Of a stretch of 64,000 nt of DNA, positions 40,080 through 49,900 are shown one piece after another. The translations under genes and the position numbers were made by a program. The stretch is from a virus, in IMG/VR virus record IMGVR_UViG_3300027635_000001, positions 1-64,000 of that record; one strand, written 5' to 3'. The notes beneath the pieces were generated by a model. That model ran no database searches. It was not told the origin of the DNA and saw only the letters and a program-made list of their open reading frames with translations. Every line of letters begins with the position of its first letter. Positions within the stretch are counted from its first letter, which is position 1.

Positions 40080-42486
40080 GCCATGGGCGCCTTCGTTCTA
40101 TGTGCCGCCACCCGCAACGGACGGCCTATGGAGCGGATCGTCGGTAAGCCAGCCGGCGATAATCGCCTATCTGACCGAAACGAGGTTCTTCAATGCCGGT
40201 GGCCAGGTTCCAGCGAAACAATGGCGCTGGGACCAGGTTCCCGCGCCCGATTGGATCGGCGTTCCGATCAGTTCCGCCGTCCTATCCGCCTTCACGGCGA
40301 AGAAATTCTTTGCCGCAGGCGGGCAAGTCCCGGTTAAGCAATGGCGCTACGATTACGCCCAGGGCGCAGACTTCTGGGCCGGCGCGCCGATCGAACAAAG
40401 CCCGATCATCTCTTTTCTCACGGTGCAGAAGGAATTTGGCGGCGGCGGACAAGTCCCGGCCAAATTCTGGCGCTGGGATCACGTGCCGGAGCCTGTCTGG
40501 GCTGGCGCGCCCGCCGCGCAGCCGGTCATCGTCGCCAACCTCACGGCGCTGACCAATTTCGCATTGACCGGGACGCCGTGGCGCGTCGAGTTCCTGCAGG
40601 ACGTCGTCTACACCTTCGCCTGGGTTTCGGCGCCTGTGCTGGCTGCGGATGCGCTGAACGCACTGGCCCTGGGGACTCCTCCGACGTGGAGTTCTGGCGT
40701 CGCTGCTGAGCAGGCCGTTTGGGCTTGGACGCCCCCGACGAGCAATGCCGTCATCCAGCCGGCGGCCTCCTACTATCCCTCCGCGCGCCAATTCTGCGCG
40801 CCGCGCGCCGCGCCGGTGGATATATGGGCATGGGCGCCCCCGTCGCTGCTTCTAGCCGAACTGAGCACCTATCCGTTCTCGAAGACGTGGCACTACGATT
40901 ACAGCGCGGAGGCCATCTGGCAGGGTGCCCCAGAACCATCTCTGGCGCTGACCGATTTCAGCGGTAGCCCATTTGCAGCAGTGTGGCGATGGAATCACGT
41001 GCCCGAGCCGGTCTGGCAAGGTGCTCCGACAACATCGCCGATTATCGCGGACCTGAGCGCCACGCCGTTCACAAGCCCGTGGCGGCCGAGTCTCAGTGAG
41101 CCGACGGCGTGGATCTGGAAGCCTTCGGCGCCTCAGAGCGCCGCAAATCCATTTGTCAATGCGTGGCTCTTTAGTGCTGTCCCTGATCCAGTGTGGTCGA
41201 ATGTTCCGGCGCCGTCTCCTCTATTCGCCACAGGCGCCGGTGATTTTGTCTTTGCCCTTGTCGGGACCGATATCAATTGGGCGTTGAACCTCGCCGAGTT
41301 GACGTCGTGGGCTTGGTCGCCGCCGAACCGGCTCGTTTATGAACCAACCACGGGAGAACCGTTCTCAAAGCTGTGGCGCTATGATCTGGCTGTCGAGGCT
41401 ACTTGGCAGGGGAGCCCCGGCGCGTCGCCTGCGCTGGCAGATTTCGCCGCCAAGCCCTTCAACGCTGCATGGCGCTATGACCTAGCCGAGGTCTCGTCTT
41501 GGGCGTGGGCGCCCCCTCCGCTACGCGGCGCGACCCCATTCGCCAGGGCGTGGCGGGCCGACCTCGTCATCGACGCCGTCTGGCAGGGCGCGCCTGCCAT
41601 CGCGCCTGCCCTGGCCGATTTCGCGGCCAAGCCGATCGCGATATCGTGGCAGCCGAATCTCGCCGAGCTGACGGGGTGGGCATGGGAACCGCCTAGCCGC
41701 CTCGGTTACGAGCCGACGACCGGAGAGCCCTTCGCGCACCTATGGCGTTACGACTTCTCAGTTGAAGCCATCTGGCAAGGCGCTCCGGATGCTTCGCCCG
41801 TCATCGCGGATTTCTCTGGCCGGCCTTTCACGGCGTCCTGGCAGCCCAACCTCGCAGAGCCTGTGGCGTGGGCATGGATGGCGCCGAAGCCGCAGGCTAG
41901 CAGCGCACCATTCACGAGGCTCTGGCATTACGATCTCGGCGTCGAGGCTGTTTGGCAAGGAAGCCAGGGGGCCTCTCATGCCCTGGTGGATTTCAACGCC
42001 GCGCCGTTCGCGACGAGGTGGCAATCAGCCCTCACCGAGGTCTCAGCTTGGGCGTGGACGGTCCAGCCAAGGGTGGCCATCGCCGAACTTGCGATCGTCG
42101 AACCATTCGCAAGGTTGTGGCGATATGACCTTGCAGTAGAACCCGTCTGGCAGGGAGCCCCGTCGCCATTTTTTGCCATTGGCGATTTTGCATTGACCCT
42201 CGTCGGGACTGACACAAATTGGGCGCTCAACTATACGCCGGAAGCCGTCTGGCAGGGGATCCCGGAGACGACGTCCGCGGCGCTCGCCTACCTCACGGCG
42301 GGTCAAGCTCCGACTAAAACGTGGCGATCTGACCACATCCCGGAACCGGCCTGGCAAGGATCTCCGATGAGCATCGCGACATCGCTGGCCACATTTGTCG
42401 CCAACATGATTCGCCGGATTGTCCGCCTGCGCGGCCGTCAGGACAAGACCGACCTCAAAGGCCGCAAGGGCGGCGAGAGCCTCTGA
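40066..42486 (+). CDS. 806-aa tryptophan-rich tandem-repeat protein
   Basis: By my count there are 9 WQG, 2 WAG, 7 WAW and 1 WIW motifs in about 30-35-aa units such as PF..LWRYDL.VE.VWQG(A/S)P.ASP..ADF and PF...W.P.L.E...WAW.PP. Basic C-terminal tail. Confidence 0.7.
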   Translation: MAFFEPWAPSFYVPPPATDGLWSGSSVSQPAIIAYLTETRFFNAGGQVPAKQWRWDQVPAPDWIGVPISSAVLSAFTAKKFFAAGGQVPVKQWRYDYAQGADFWAGAPIEQSPIISFLTVQKEFGGGGQVPAKFWRWDHVPEPVWAGAPAAQPVIVANLTALTNFALTGTPWRVEFLQDVVYTFAWVSAPVLAADALNALALGTPPTWSSGVAAEQAVWAWTPPTSNAVIQPAASYYPSARQFCAPRAAPVDIWAWAPPSLLLAELSTYPFSKTWHYDYSAEAIWQGAPEPSLALTDFSGSPFAAVWRWNHVPEPVWQGAPTTSPIIADLSATPFTSPWRPSLSEPTAWIWKPSAPQSAANPFVNAWLFSAVPDPVWSNVPAPSPLFATGAGDFVFALVGTDINWALNLAELTSWAWSPPNRLVYEPTTGEPFSKLWRYDLAVEATWQGSPGASPALADFAAKPFNAAWRYDLAEVSSWAWAPPPLRGATPFARAWRADLVIDAVWQGAPAIAPALADFAAKPIAISWQPNLAELTGWAWEPPSRLGYEPTTGEPFAHLWRYDFSVEAIWQGAPDASPVIADFSGRPFTASWQPNLAEPVAWAWMAPKPQASSAPFTRLWHYDLGVEAVWQGSQGASHALVDFNAAPFATRWQSALTEVSAWAWTVQPRVAIAELAIVEPFARLWRYDLAVEPVWQGAPSPFFAIGDFALTLVGTDTNWALNYTPEAVWQGIPETTSAALAYLTAGQAPTKTWRSDHIPEPAWQGSPMSIATSLATFVANMIRRIVRLRGRQDKTDLKGRKGGESL

Positions 42487-42848
42487 TGGGCGCTTTGCTG
42501 CAGAACTTCTCGGTCAGCAGGAACAACGACGAGGCGCTCGGCGTCACCGTGGAGTCGGACATCGTCGGCGACTCGCTGGCGGGCGCGACGATCGAGTGGG
42601 AAGTGTTCGAATCGGTCTATGGCGTGCCGCTGCCGAGTCCGATCCTGATCTCCAAGACGACGGTCGACGGCAGCATTGTAATCCCTGGATCGCCGGAGCT
42701 GTTCTTTGTCATCAACCTCGCCAAGGCCGACACGTCGGCGCTGGCGCTCGGCTATTTCTACCATGAAGCGACCGTTGTCGATAATGTCGGAAACAGAACG
42801 ACTATCATGTACGGGTCGATGGCGATCACGCTGAGTTTGGGGACATGA
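42486..42848 (+). CDS. hypothetical beta-rich protein (120 aa)
   Basis: ORF whose start overlaps the upstream stop. Confidence 0.5.
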   Translation: MGALLQNFSVSRNNDEALGVTVESDIVGDSLAGATIEWEVFESVYGVPLPSPILISKTTVDGSIVIPGSPELFFVINLAKADTSALALGYFYHEATVVDNVGNRTTIMYGSMAITLSLGT

Positions 42849-42852
42849 AGCT

Positions 42853-43212
42853 ATGGCGCAGATCTCCGCGCATTCAATTAAAATGAAATTTCCGGAGTTC
42901 ACGGATGTGCCGTCGACACAAATCGAGTTCGCAATCGAAGAGGCCGCGTTGAACGTGGACTCGACCTGGGGAACTCGGCAAGTTCTCGGCCTGCTGTACT
43001 GGACGGCGCACATCCTGATGTTCGCCATCTCGCGCGCCGCCAGCGGCACAGGGCAGCAGATCGCCTCGGAAAGCTTCGCGGGCGTGATGTCGATCACCTA
43101 TCAGAACGCCCCGCCGCTCGACGCGGACCAGGACGACCTCTCCGCCACGCCATACGGCCTGCGCGTGCGGGCGCTGATGGAAGCCCAATTCCCGGCCGTT
43201 GCGATCATCTGA
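42853..43212 (+). CDS. DUF4054-like head-tail connector/adaptor
   Basis: IKMKFPEFTDVPSTQIEFAIEEAALNV...LLYWTAHILMF fits the DUF4054 pattern as I recall it. Confidence 0.6.
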   Translation: MAQISAHSIKMKFPEFTDVPSTQIEFAIEEAALNVDSTWGTRQVLGLLYWTAHILMFAISRAASGTGQQIASESFAGVMSITYQNAPPLDADQDDLSATPYGLRVRALMEAQFPAVAII

Positions 43213-43595
43213 TGCCGATCTCTCTGCGCGGCGGCATCCCCGCCTTCCAAGCCACGCGGATGCAGGGCGTCGTCGACCGGCAGATCAAGCGCGTCGGGAT
43301 GCAGGCGACCTTGCGGCGCGCGTCGGGCGACAGGACGTGCTTCATGTTCTTCTCGCAATGGACCGCCAAAGACCTGATGGGAGGCCTGATCGATCCGCTC
43401 GATCGGCTCGTTATCATCTCGGCCGCCGATCTCGCGGTGGCGCCAGATCACACCCAGGATCGGCTCATCACGTGGGTGCAGCCGTATGACCGCGACAATC
43501 CGGTGCAGAGCGAACTTCTGCACATCCAGAGGCAGCCAGAGCGCATCGCCCCGGCTGGCGTCGTCCTCTGTTGGAAGGTTTCGGTGCGCGGATGA
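43212..43595 (+). CDS. hypothetical head-tail joining protein (127 aa)
   Basis: Call based on position only. Confidence 0.45.
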   Translation: MPISLRGGIPAFQATRMQGVVDRQIKRVGMQATLRRASGDRTCFMFFSQWTAKDLMGGLIDPLDRLVIISAADLAVAPDHTQDRLITWVQPYDRDNPVQSELLHIQRQPERIAPAGVVLCWKVSVRG

Positions 43596-44071
43596 CGCTC
43601 GCGACGCGAGAGCAAATCCTGACCCAGATCGAGGCCGTGCTGGCGTCGATATCCGGCGTCGCGACCTGCGCGCGCAACCGCGGTTTGCTGACTGCGGACG
43701 AGAGACCCGCGATCATCCTGCTCGACGGGCGCGAGGATATCGTCTCGACCGTCGTGCCGCAGAAGACCGTGCGCATGCCGCCAGCGATCTTTCGAATGCA
43801 GCCCCAGATCTTCGCGATACTGCAGCAACGCGACGACGCCACCAACGCCACGATCAACGGGATCTCTAAGCCTGTCGGGGCTGAGATCAACTTCTGGCGC
43901 GATGCGATCCTGAGCGCGCTGATCAATGACGATGCTCTGATAGAGATGCTGACTACGACGGGTCAGATAGTGTTTAAAGGGATGGAAACTGACCTCCAGA
44001 CGGGAGGGACAATTCAGGGGCAGCTACGGCTTTTTATCGACTTCCATTATGTTTGGTCGCCGCCAGCCTAA
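43592..44071 (+). CDS. hypothetical tail-completion-position protein (159 aa)
   Basis: Internal start MTLATREQILTQIEAVL... with an ATGA overlap. Call based on position only. Confidence 0.45.
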   Translation: MTLATREQILTQIEAVLASISGVATCARNRGLLTADERPAIILLDGREDIVSTVVPQKTVRMPPAIFRMQPQIFAILQQRDDATNATINGISKPVGAEINFWRDAILSALINDDALIEMLTTTGQIVFKGMETDLQTGGTIQGQLRLFIDFHYVWSPPA

Positions 44072-44082
44072 ACGATAGCGAC

Positions 44083-44298
44083 TCAATGGAGGCTATGTCT
44101 GCCAAGCGAACGGTAGAATGCGAGGTTGCTTGTCCGCTCGGACGCGCTCGCAGCCCAGCGGATATTTCCTGGCGCAAATTCAAGGCCGTCGCGGTTGATC
44201 ATCGTTAGCTGACTGAGGGCTTCCCATTCCCGCTCTGTCAGCGACTTGTCGCCGGCAAATTTCATCATGGCTTGCCATGCTTTGCGTTCATTGGTCAT
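44083..44298 (-). CDS. hypothetical protein (71 aa)
   Basis: MTNERKAWQAMMKFAGDKSLTEREWEALSQL... ATGA overlap with the upstream minus-strand gene. Confidence 0.5.
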   Translation of the reverse strand: MTNERKAWQAMMKFAGDKSLTEREWEALSQLTMINRDGLEFAPGNIRWAASASERTSNLAFYRSLGRHSLH

Positions 44299-44819
44299 TT
44301 GGCCGCCCCTCGACGGTTGTGTCGCCGTTGCAGCGGGGTAGCCCACCGGCAATTGCCGGGTTCATAGTTTCCTTCCGGGTTCGGCCAGCGATCGAGGCTT
44401 GCCCCAGGGGGCCTCGGTCCCATTTCGGCGAGGAAAGTTTCAAAGATATGCCAGCGTTCGGCGACGGTGATGCCTGCGCCGCCATAGGCGGCATATTTCG
44501 TGTGGTTCGACAGATAGCAGCGCGCCATCATCGCGTTCCATGAGTTGTACTCAGGCGAAGCTTTGCGCCCAACGCGTAGATTGCCTGCTTGCCCGTGCTT
44601 CGTTAGCCTCGCTTTGCCTCTTCGTCCGGAAGCTTCGGCTCTGAGGCAGCCACAGCTTGTTGAAACGCCTCTGACGAGACTTGGCGAATAGACGGTCGTC
44701 GTAGCACCGCAATCGCAGATACACACAACGTAACGCTTGCGATCAGGCGATGGGTTCAGTGCGGTGAGCCTGCCGAAGCGCCTGCCGATCAAACTCGAAA
44801 TACGAGCATAAGCCATCAT
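44295..44819 (-). CDS. free-standing endonuclease-like / DNA-binding protein with Zn-knuckle module
   Basis: FGRLTALNP...CICDCG...STSCGCLR is the same module as in 13526..14431. Then ...EYNSWNAMMARC...YGGAGITVAERW..F..FLAEMGPRPPGASLDRWPNPEGNYEPGNCRWAT. AAGGAG SD. Confidence 0.6.
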   Translation of the reverse strand: MMAYARISSLIGRRFGRLTALNPSPDRKRYVVCICDCGATTTVYSPSLVRGVSTSCGCLRAEASGRRGKARLTKHGQAGNLRVGRKASPEYNSWNAMMARCYLSNHTKYAAYGGAGITVAERWHIFETFLAEMGPRPPGASLDRWPNPEGNYEPGNCRWATPLQRRHNRRGAAK

Positions 44820-44962
44820 CCGATCTCCTTCGGTTGGCGGTTGAGGGAGCGGCCAGCGTTCCAAGCGCTCGCCGCTCCCGCACACTAAAGCAGTCCGCGG
44901 ATTGCTTCAACAGCTACGCCATTTGAGCGTGGCATCACACCAAACAAATTGGAGCATCCCAC

Positions 44963-45520
44963 ATGCCTACAGTCGCACCAGGCCTAGCCTCGCCGAACAT
45001 CGGAAACTATTTCGTCGGAAGAGGTTATTTGCAAATGCAACTTCAAGGTGAGACGAGCTTCACCGATATGGGGAACGTAACTAAATTCACGTTCCAAGCA
45101 AATCCAACCAAGCTCGACCACTATTCGTCGCGCATCGGCGTCCGCAAGAAGGACCTCACCGTCGTCACCCAGCTCGACGCCAAGTTGGAGATGACGCTGG
45201 AAGAAGTGACTGTACGCAATATATCGGCGTATTGCTTGGCCAATCCGCTTGAAAGCGGCTCGGACTCCCTCAACATCATGAGCGAGCCACTCTACTATTG
45301 CGCGCTGAATTTCATAGCGACGAACGTCGTCGGCCCGCAGTGGAACGCGCATTTCCCGCTCGTGCTGCTGACGCCGACGAATGCGTTCTCGCTCATTTCA
45401 GAGGGTTCCGGCTCGTGGGGAACCATGGAAATGACTGGCGACGTTCAATTCGACTCGGTAAGCGGACAGTTCGGCTGGCTGTATTCATCGAGCTTCAACC
45501 CGGCGAGCGGCGTTCTCTAA
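44963..45520 (+). CDS. major tail tube protein
   Basis: 185-aa beta-rich ORF directly upstream of the frameshifted chaperone pair and the TMP. The call is positional plus size/composition. Confidence 0.62.
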   Translation: MPTVAPGLASPNIGNYFVGRGYLQMQLQGETSFTDMGNVTKFTFQANPTKLDHYSSRIGVRKKDLTVVTQLDAKLEMTLEEVTVRNISAYCLANPLESGSDSLNIMSEPLYYCALNFIATNVVGPQWNAHFPLVLLTPTNAFSLISEGSGSWGTMEMTGDVQFDSVSGQFGWLYSSSFNPASGVL

Positions 45521-45560
45521 GCGCAATCCGCCAATCAACAAAGAGGCGCGACCTTCGGCA

Positions 45561-46097
45561 ATGACAGAACCCATCAGCCTGCTCGACCTACGCAGGAAGA
45601 CGAAGATCATCGAACTCGGCAGCGGCCAGTCCATCAAGATAGAAGGCCTGACGGCGCGCCAGATATGCGACCATCTCGACAAATATCCGGTCCTGCGAGT
45701 CATGTCGATCGAAGGCACCATGTCGATGACCGAGGCCATTGCCGGGGTTCCTGGCGCCTTGGCGGCGTGGGTGGCATCGGCGTGTGGCATGCACGGCAAC
45801 CCGGAAGCCGAAGAGGCCGCGACCAACGAGATGACCATCGAAGATGCCTCCGAGATCGTAGGGCAGTCGATGGCGTTGACCTTCTCACGAGGATTCGGCC
45901 CTTTCTCGGCGCGGCTGGCGGTGCTTCTCGGATACATCACCGTCGGTCGCACAACGGTCCCGGCGCCGAGATCGCCGAGATCCTCGTCGCATGCGGCGTC
46001 CCCGCCGACGACCGACCATGGGACCTCACCCCCCGACAACTCGCAGCTAAGCTCTACTTCGACGAGCGAAGACGCCTCCGCGCCAATGCCGACATGA
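45561..46097 (+). CDS. tail assembly chaperone (G-like, 0-frame product)
   Basis: Sits between tube and TMP. After about aa 115 the frame turns P/S/T-rich, while the -1 frame becomes protein-like. Confidence 0.55.
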   Translation: MTEPISLLDLRRKTKIIELGSGQSIKIEGLTARQICDHLDKYPVLRVMSIEGTMSMTEAIAGVPGALAAWVASACGMHGNPEAEEAATNEMTIEDASEIVGQSMALTFSRGFGPFSARLAVLLGYITVGRTTVPAPRSPRSSSHAASPPTTDHGTSPPDNSQLSSTSTSEDASAPMPT

Positions 46098-46177
46098 TCC
46101 ACGCCTCGTTTCTCGGGGCGCGGGCAAAAATAGACAGCGTAAATGATCGCCTCGAGGATATCCGGAGGCAATTGTGA
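45561..46177 (+). CDS. tail assembly chaperone frameshift product (GT-like; join 45561..45905,45905..46177)
   Basis: The -1 frame C-terminus ...AEIAEILVACGVPADDRPWDLTPRQLAAKLYFDERRRLRANADMIHASFLGARAKIDSVNDRLEDIRRQL looks like real protein. Confidence 0.5.
45899..45905 (+). promoter_or_regulatory. candidate -1 programmed frameshift heptamer C CCT TTC
   Basis: XXXYYYZ pattern in the correct phase (codons GGC CCT TTC). The -1 frame is open from here to 46177 and has no ATG/GTG/TTG start of its own near the protein-like part. Confidence 0.5.
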
Positions 46178-46656
46178 GCCTGCTCGTTCGCGCCGAGGTC
46201 GCCCCCAGCGACATCCCATACGTCCCCAATCTCATCAACCGGGCGCAACGGGCGCTCAAGGAGGCAGTTGAAGAGGTCGGCAAGGAAATCGAGACCAAGG
46301 GCCGCGCCGACATCGCGGCAGCCGGCAGTTTTGGCGCTCGATGGACTGAGGGCTTCACGGTGCAAGTCCTGGCCGGCGGGGATTATGCCGATCTCGACGT
46401 GACCGAGGATGTTCCCTACTGGACCGTCTTCCAGTTCGGCGCGACCATCCAGGGCCGGCCGCTGCTGTTCTTCAAGCCGACCAAGGCCGTCGGCGGCCTC
46501 ACGGGCATGGGAAACAACATGCCGATGCTGATTTCAAAGCATTCGGTTACGATCCCGAAGAAGTTCCATTTAATAGAAATCGCGACCGAGGAGGCCGAGA
46601 AAGTGCCGCTGTTATTCCAGCAAAAGATCAAAGAGGCCGGGCCTGCGGCGGATTAG
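46174..46656 (+). CDS. hypothetical tail-module protein (160 aa; weak HK97 gp10-like motif)
   Basis: GTGA overlap with the GT-like stop. ...VPYWTVFQFGATIQGRPLLFFKP... Confidence 0.45.
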   Translation: MSLLVRAEVAPSDIPYVPNLINRAQRALKEAVEEVGKEIETKGRADIAAAGSFGARWTEGFTVQVLAGGDYADLDVTEDVPYWTVFQFGATIQGRPLLFFKPTKAVGGLTGMGNNMPMLISKHSVTIPKKFHLIEIATEEAEKVPLLFQQKIKEAGPAAD

Positions 46657-46936
46657 ATGAGATTTTGGCCGATCTCGCAGCCAAAATACAGCCCCATATG
46701 ACGCCGATCCAGCCGCCGACGATCACGCTGAAAACCCACATATCAATCCACCAGTACAGGTTCTTGATCTGATCCTCCGTCCACCTGTCGGGACCTGCGC
46801 GCAAGCCCCGCTCGAAGGGGACCCAGAAGTCAGCGAATGCCCAGGCGGCCGAGAAGCCAAAGAGGGAAGCGATCCAGTCCATCGTCACCAAAGCCAGCAA
46901 AAAGACGAACGCGATCGATAAAATTGGCGGTTTCAC
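46628..46936 (-). CDS. integral membrane protein (3 predicted TM helices), antisense insert before TMP
   Basis: GTG start with AGGAG 9 nt upstream. MKPPILSIAFVFLLALVTMDWIASLFGFSAAWAF...WVFSVIVGGWIGVIWGCILAA. Confidence 0.6.
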   Translation of the reverse strand: MKPPILSIAFVFLLALVTMDWIASLFGFSAAWAFADFWVPFERGLRAGPDRWTEDQIKNLYWWIDMWVFSVIVGGWIGVIWGCILAARSAKISSNPPQARPL

Positions 46937-46993
46937 GGTTTTCGGCTCCTACAAAAGGCACATGTAATCGCATGATAGCAGAATTTTCACCCT

Positions 46994-49900
46994 ATGGCTG
47001 ACGTCCTTAACGTTTCATTCAAGGTCGACACTTCTGGCCTCGAAGCCGATGCGGCGGCCGCCGGCAAGTTGGCGGCGGCTGGATTCCAACAGGGCTTCGG
47101 CAGCGTCGATCTCAAGACGCCGATGGCGAAGGCCGCCGAGGCTGCGCAGAAGCAGGCTGCCGCAATTGGAGCGGCGCTTCAGGGCGCGGCCGTAGGGCAG
47201 CATGCCGCGCCGGCCGCGCCAGCAGCGGAACCCATTGCGCATCGCGCGCCGGCAATGCCCACTCATGGCGAGGAGTCGGAAGCAGGCGGCACGCACCACG
47301 AAGGGCATGAGCCCAAGCTTTCCGGGTTCGAGAACGCGGTGCGCGGCATCGGCGCGATGCGCCTCGCTTTCGAGGGTCTGAGTCAATTCCTCGAAAAAGG
47401 CTCACTCGCCGGGGCGGCAAAGACCATCGGAGAGATCGGCGAACGCGCGGCTGAATCGGCGGAAAAGGTCGGCCTCATAGGTGAGATGGGCCTGAAAATC
47501 GGGGGCGTCGCCACGGCCGTCGCCGGAATGGCGCACTTTCTCGGCAAGGAAGCGGGCGAGTATTCAGAGGACGCCCAAGAGGAGGTTTTGGGGCTCGACG
47601 CCACCACGAAGATGAGCGGCATGCCGACGGAGCGCCTGCTCGGCCTGAAGGAACTGTTCGCGAGCAAAGGCGCCGAAGCACGGCCTCTCATGCGCGGCCT
47701 CTCGATCATGAACCTTCGGCAGCAGCAGCAGCGGGCCGGCCTCGAGCGCGAATTGAGCGAAGAGCCGCTCGACCGCGCCGACCAATCGGAGAAGGTCGCT
47801 GGGGCCTATCGCAAACGCGAGGACGCGGCGGATTCGCTGGCGACGGCCGAAGAGAAGATCATCGGAACCCGCGCGCGGGAAGCCGTGACCCTCTCCGGCG
47901 CCGCGATCCGGGATCAGATCGCCAAAGAACGCGGCCCGATGGACGTCGTCGCTGCTGCGCTCGGCCTGGGCGAGGCGCAGGAAGGCCAGCGGTCCGACGC
48001 GGCACTATCGCCGCTCAACATCGCCTCGGCGCAGAAGCGTCTTGAAATGGCGCATCTGGGGCCCGAGCGTGAAGACCTTCAGTTCGCGGAGGCGAAAGAG
48101 GGCGTTCGCGGTGCGCAGGTCAATTATGGTACCGCAATAATTCAGGCCCGAGCTGCCGATATTGCCGACCGAGAAACCCATGGCGAGCGCGTCGGCAACG
48201 CTGAGAAGCAGCAGCTGAGAATGGATGCCGCCGATCAAGCCTCGACGGCCGCATGGGAGCATGTGCGTGAAGCCGGGCTCGCCATCACAGCAGCCAAATT
48301 CCATCAAGAGGAAGTCGGGACCAGCGCTGGCGCCGCGCAAATAGACATTGGCAAGGCGCTGCAAGAGCTGATCCACATACAGAGGGAGGCGGTTCTTCAG
48401 CAGCGGGCCGACCGATTGAGGGTTCAAGGCGCGGGCATCGGCGTAAGGACAGCTGACGTCACCGAGAAAGAGCGGGAGGCCGCGGCCGGAGCCGGAGCAG
48501 GCGAGCAGGGGCCGGAATCGCTCACGCCCGAGATGCAGCGGCAGCGCGCCGCGCGCGAGACCGCAGCGGCCCTGCGGCAGCGCGCTGCGGCAGGCGGGGC
48601 CATCGGGACCGCCGAAAGAGACGCCATTCGCGAAGAGCACATCCAGGATTTGCAGCCCCAGACGCAACCCGGACAGGTCGCCGAGGCGCTGGCGGGGACG
48701 TACAAGGGCAAGTTCCCGATCGATCTGAAAAGCACCGAGGGCCCCGTCATCGGCAAGGCCCTCACGGCGATGGGCCAGGGCGAGAAATACAGCGGCCCGG
48801 AAGGCGCTGGCACTCTCGGCGCGCTCCAGGACGTTATCAAGCGTTTCGCCGAGGACCGGAGCATGGATTCCGTGATCGTCACGGCGGCGAAAAGCCTCTT
48901 CGGCGGACGCAACGCCAATCCGAACGATGAGAGCGGACGAAGCACCACCGCCTTTATCCGTGCGCTGACGCTCGCGACGAAAGAGGAACTGGCCGACGCG
49001 TGGCAGCACAAGATGACGCCAGAGGAGACGGAAAAGTTCGGCCCGGAAAACACCGCCGCGATGCAGAAAGCGGCTGCGGCGGATGTCATCAAGCGCCAGT
49101 CGGACGAGGAAAACAAGGTTCTCGTAGGATCGGAGGCCACGCCGGGCGCCACGAAGGCGACTGAGGCCGAGGGCGAATTTGGCAAGCTGGTTGCACCGTT
49201 CATAAAGGACGTCCTCGGGCCAGTATCGGATCTCATCGGCTTGGGTGCTCAAGCCGGAATCTGGGGCGCCAAGCATGTCGCCGGCGCCATAACCGCGGGC
49301 AATGAGGCATTGAGTGGCGGCGTTTCGCAAGGCGAGCCCGTCTCCGCTTGGGACCGCGCTGTGCCGGCCGACAGCGACAAAGAAAGGGAAGAAAGGGCGC
49401 ACACCCTCGGCAAGATCGAGGCGCTTGGAACTACCGCGCTGGTAGGCGCTGGCGGCATCTTCGCGGGAGTGAAAGGCGCCCAATATCTCTACGGCGCGAG
49501 CGGGCGCGCCTTCCGAAAATGGGCCGGAACCGACAAGGGCGCCGCAGAGGCTCCCGCGCCGGAAGCCGCCCCCGAAGCAGCGCCGCCGGTCGAGGCCACC
49601 CCTGTACCCGTCGAGGCAGCGCCAATCCCAGTCAAGGTAGTGGGGCCGACACCGGCGCCAATTGAAGCCGCGCCCGCCACAGCCGTAGCGCCCGCGCCGA
49701 CAGCGGCCGTCGCCCCGGAGGCAGCTACGGCCCCTGCCGCAACTCCCACAGGCCCATCGGCCTACGAAAGCGTCGGAGGCCCATTCGCGGCGGTCCTTCC
49801 CGCCCTCTCGCTGTTGCAGGCCGCGCAATCGGGCTTGGGCGCGGCGAAGAGCGCGTCCCTCGGCGCCGCAGAGGCGGAGGGCCCGATCACGCCCGCACAA

